Of a stretch of DNA of 64,000 nt, positions 57,322 to 64,000 are shown piece after piece. Position 1 is the stretch's first letter, and each line of letters opens with the position of its first letter. The translations under genes and the position numbers were made by a program. The stretch spans positions 9,496 to 73,495 of the forward strand of contig CAMYKK010000013.1 of the NCBI GenBank assembly GCA_947258975.1, in the 5' to 3' direction. Under the pieces are notes generated by a model that had not been told where the DNA came from, made no database searches, and worked only from the letters and a program-made list of their open reading frames with translations. This stretch comes from an uncultured Gammaproteobacteria bacterium. GTDB taxonomy: Bacteria > Pseudomonadota > Gammaproteobacteria > Arenicellales > JAANXG01.

Positions 57322-58257
57322 ATGCCAAATATCTTATGTAAACTATCAACTCTATCGTGGGTCTATGTGGACGGTAAAGACGCCGGTTCATTTTTGCAGT
57401 CCCAGCTCACCAATGACGTGTCGGCGCTCGACGAGCGGCACAGCCAGCTGCACGGCTATTGCAATCCTAAAGGAAGACTATTATGTATCGTGCGGCTGGT
57501 GCGTCATGACGAAGGATTTTTCATGCAGCTGCCGGCTGCACTGAGCGATGCCATCGTCGCACGGTTGCGTAAATACGTGCTGCGCGCCCAGGTCAACCTA
57601 AACACCGCCGCCCACCTGTGCGGAATCGGTAGCGCCGGGCAGCTGGCCGCCACCGCACTGACGCAACGGCTCGGGCCGCTGCCTGCCACCGACAACGGTT
57701 ATGTGCGACATGGAGAACTCGGTGTGTACGGGTTGCCTGGTGCCCTCCCCCGTTTTCAGGTCATCGGACCGGAGGCGGCCATTCAGTCCCTGTGGGATGC
57801 ACTCAGCGAGCCACTGCAACCACAAGAGCCCGGGTCGTGGTCGCAACTGGACATCGGCGCCGGGATCCCCCAGATTCTACCTCCGACCAGCGAGGCGTTC
57901 GTGCCGCAAATGGTCAACCTGGATCTCATCGGAGGGATCAGCTTCCAAAAGGGCTGCTATCCGGGACAAGAGATCGTGGCCCGCATACACTACCTGGGTA
58001 AATTAAAACAACGCATGATCCGGGCGCAGGTCAAGACCACCGCTGCGCCCAAGCCCGGCGACAGGGTCTATTCGCCCGCGCACGGTGAACAGAGCACCGG
58101 CACGGTGGTGGACGCGCAACCCAGCGGGCCGGGGTGCTTCGATCTCTTGGCGGTCGTGCAGTTAACTGCCTACCGGGCCGGTGACCTATGCTTGAACGAA
58201 CCTAACGGGCCGGCTCTGGAACCGAGATTCCTACCCTACGACGTCCCCGTGGATTAA
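57322..58257 (+). CDS. ygfZ: Folate-binding Fe-S cluster repair / tRNA-modification protein YgfZ
   Basis: …DAGSFLQSQLTNDV…CNPKGRL…ISFQKGCYPGQEIVAR (the KGCYxGQE signature). Start set to the ATG at 57322. Confidence 0.85.
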   Translation: MPNILCKLSTLSWVYVDGKDAGSFLQSQLTNDVSALDERHSQLHGYCNPKGRLLCIVRLVRHDEGFFMQLPAALSDAIVARLRKYVLRAQVNLNTAAHLCGIGSAGQLAATALTQRLGPLPATDNGYVRHGELGVYGLPGALPRFQVIGPEAAIQSLWDALSEPLQPQEPGSWSQLDIGAGIPQILPPTSEAFVPQMVNLDLIGGISFQKGCYPGQEIVARIHYLGKLKQRMIRAQVKTTAAPKPGDRVYSPAHGEQSTGTVVDAQPSGPGCFDLLAVVQLTAYRAGDLCLNEPNGPALEPRFLPYDVPVD

Positions 58258-58261
58258 GACC

Positions 58262-58561
58262 TTACCTGGCCCTCGGTTCCGGCGGGGAATCGTGATCGAT
58301 GACTTGGTAGAAGGTTTCGCCCTTTCGGATCATCCCCAACTCAGAGCGTGCACGTTCTTCCAGGGCGTCAGTGCCTTGCTTGAGATCCACTACCTCCGCA
58401 TGCAGTATCTGGTTTCGCGCGCTAAGTTTCTCATTCTCGCCCTGTTGCGACGCTATGGTTTTCTGTAGTTGCCACAATTTGGTCACACCGTGGTTGCCCA
58501 CCCACAAGGAATATTGCAGATATAGCAACACCACTACCAACAGACCAATCACTATCTTCAT
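58262..58561 (-). CDS. ftsB: Cell division protein FtsB
   Basis: From the ATG at 58561: MKIVIGLLVVVLLYLQYSLWVG…coiled coil…ALEERARSELGMIRKGETFYQV. Confidence 0.85.
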   Translation of the reverse strand: MKIVIGLLVVVLLYLQYSLWVGNHGVTKLWQLQKTIASQQGENEKLSARNQILHAEVVDLKQGTDALEERARSELGMIRKGETFYQVIDHDSPPEPRAR

Positions 58562-58893
58562 CGCCGTGCCGCGCCTAACCCGGATATTGCGCCAAGGATC
58601 GCGGAAGCTGGCGCAGAGACTTGCATTGCGCGTATTCGCAGGGTCGAGCGGCCGTACGCCGTGCTGGAACGAAACCCATAGCCAGCTATGGGTTGAGTGA
58701 AGCGCAAGTAAGGGCGTTCGCGATCGAGCCAGGGCCAGGATAGACCCGCGTCTATTCTTGCGAAGCAACGTCGAGTATCGAATGTCGTCATTTCATAGAA
58801 GTGTCGTTTCGGGTCTCGCCAGCGCATCCATGAATAGACGCGGGATACGGTGATGCAATATGCAGGATCGGTTAAAACCCAAGCATACTTCAT
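58558..58893 (-). CDS. Hypothetical protein in the eno-ftsB spacer (weak call)
   Basis: 111-aa ORF rich in Arg, Trp and Tyr. Its TGA overlaps the ftsB ATG as ATGA. No Shine-Dalgarno sequence or family recognised. Confidence 0.25.
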   Translation of the reverse strand: MKYAWVLTDPAYCITVSRVYSWMRWRDPKRHFYEMTTFDTRRCFARIDAGLSWPWLDRERPYLRFTQPIAGYGFRSSTAYGRSTLRIRAMQVSAPASAILGAISGLGAARR

Positions 58894-58941
58894 TCAATGG
58901 GATCGCGGGCCATAGCCGGTTCATTGGTATACCTGCCAATA

Positions 58942-62844
<3,903 letters not shown>

Positions 62845-64000
62845 CTACAAATGCGCGGCGGGAGCTTGATCCGACAATGCGCAGAGTTTGAACTCGATTC
62901 CCGCCTCGCCCGGCCCCGCCGCAAATGGGGCGCAATACCAATAACCGGCCACCGCCGCAAGCTGGTGCACCACGTACACCAACGGAATGCGCGCTCTTGC
63001 CCAAGGTGGTACACGGTGTTCTTGAAGTAATTTCTTCAACTTTCGGCGCCCGGCGTGGTTGGCCAATCGACAACGCTCCCCTCCTTGACGCCAGCGTACG
63101 ACCAATGGTGTTGTGATATGTTTTCGCGCCAGTCCTGCTCCGATGACCGGCACCGCCACCATCTTCAAGTTCAGCTCCGGAAGATGTAACGGTTGTTCGA
63201 TGTCCCAGCGCCGTGCATCCATCGCGACCGGCTGGGACAACGGGCGCAGTACATACAACCAACCGTCGTATCGTCGCATTTCGGTACCTGGCCAGCGGTT
63301 TATGGCGTTTGTGGGGCCGCCCCGACGGATCAATTCGGCAACCAGCTGATCCATTTGCCGACACGATGGGGACCTGAAATGCCGCCCCCGCAGCCAATAG
63401 GACAGCAGGTTGCGGAAACGGCTTTCCGACAGATCCTCTAACCCGGACAATTTCAGTTTGTAGCCCGTTCCCGCCAACGCCTCTATAGATCGCCACTCCG
63501 TGTGCCGCAGGTCCGCCGCCGCAACCTCCTCTAGCAGTGTCTGGGTGCGTTGCATACGCTCTGCCGTATCGGCCAATACCCGGCTCACGGCCGGCCAGCG
63601 TGCTCGCAATAGGGGCACAATCCGATGACGAAGATAATTTCTGGAATAAGCGATGTCGCGGTTTGACGCGTCCTCAATCCACTGCAGCTGATGCTCCTCG
63701 GCGTACGCAACAAGCTGTTGCCGGTCGTATGTCAATAGGGGTCTTATGATCCTAAGGCGCTCGCGAATGGCCATTGGACTCATGGAGGACATACCGCGGA
63801 CACCGGAGCCACGCAGTAGATTGAGCAATACCGTCTCTGCCTGATCGTCGCGATGGTGCGCGAGCAGCAGATAATCTGTCGGTTTCACCATGGATGCATA
63901 CCACTGATAGCGGGCTTCGCGCGCACTGGCCTCGTAGCCGTAGCCAGTCTCGACACGTACATCTAGGCGCCTGGTCGCAAACGCTACAGACCATGTTTCA
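62845..64000 (-). CDS. tilS: tRNA(Ile)-lysidine synthase, 5'-partial (runs off the window)
   Basis: …LLLAHHRDDQAETVLLNLLRGSG… The frame stays open upstream of the track's Met through position 64000 (…ARYQWYASMVKPTDY…). Confidence 0.85.
   Translation of the reverse strand, partial: ETWSVAFATRRLDVRVETGYGYEASAREARYQWYASMVKPTDYLLLAHHRDDQAETVLLNLLRGSGVRGMSSMSPMAIRERLRIIRPLLTYDRQQLVAYAEEHQLQWIEDASNRDIAYSRNYLRHRIVPLLRARWPAVSRVLADTAERMQRTQTLLEEVAAADLRHTEWRSIEALAGTGYKLKLSGLEDLSESRFRNLLSYWLRGRHFRSPSCRQMDQLVAELIRRGGPTNAINRWPGTEMRRYDGWLYVLRPLSQPVAMDARRWDIEQPLHLPELNLKMVAVPVIGAGLARKHITTPLVVRWRQGGERCRLANHAGRRKLKKLLQEHRVPPWARARIPLVYVVHQLAAVAGYWYCAPFAAGPGEAGIEFKLCALSDQAPAAHL

Overview
This is a 64-kb chromosomal window, about 55% GC, that looks gammaproteobacterial; the gene content suggests an H2/sulfur-oxidising autotroph, but that is inference only.

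Two long conserved housekeeping blocks sit on the minus strand:
- pdxJ-recO-era-rnc-DUF4845-lepB-lepA, then mucD-rseB-rseA-rpoE.
- DUF1674-sdhCDAB-sdhE-ygfX, then ftsB-eno-kdsA-pyrG-tilS. nadB and ygfZ lie on the plus strand.

The energy-metabolism section contains:
- An Isp-type [NiFe] uptake hydrogenase operon (hupH-like, hynS, isp1, isp2, hynL).
- A fused pyruvate:ferredoxin oxidoreductase flanked by a GltD-like flavoprotein and a cysteine-free DHOD-like protein.
- glpX, a SulP-STAS-USP-USP transporter, a GGDEF-EAL protein, and a J-domain/zinc-ribbon/PilZ fusion.

The left part (2-13 kb) is accessory-like and visibly decayed:
- An orphan 3' half of tRNA-Asn lies between three damaged toxin-antitoxin loci: a ParE-like toxin with an in-frame stop, a YafQ remnant, and a YafQ toxin with a truncated DinJ.
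- It also holds a VPLPA-CTERM protein without a signal peptide, a frameshifted CarboxypepD_reg repeat protein, a truncated Calx-beta/PKD protein and a multihaem cytochrome relic.

I saw no CRISPR array, integrase, transposase or rRNA. I cannot claim a clearly novel defence or mobile system. The most unusual items are:
- the PFOR/GltD-like/DHOD-like trio
- the J-domain-PilZ fusion
- the TA graveyard at the tRNA-Asn scar
- an unlisted SDHAF4-like small ORF
- a shared-core palindromic element family

All family assignments come from reading motifs by eye, not from searches.
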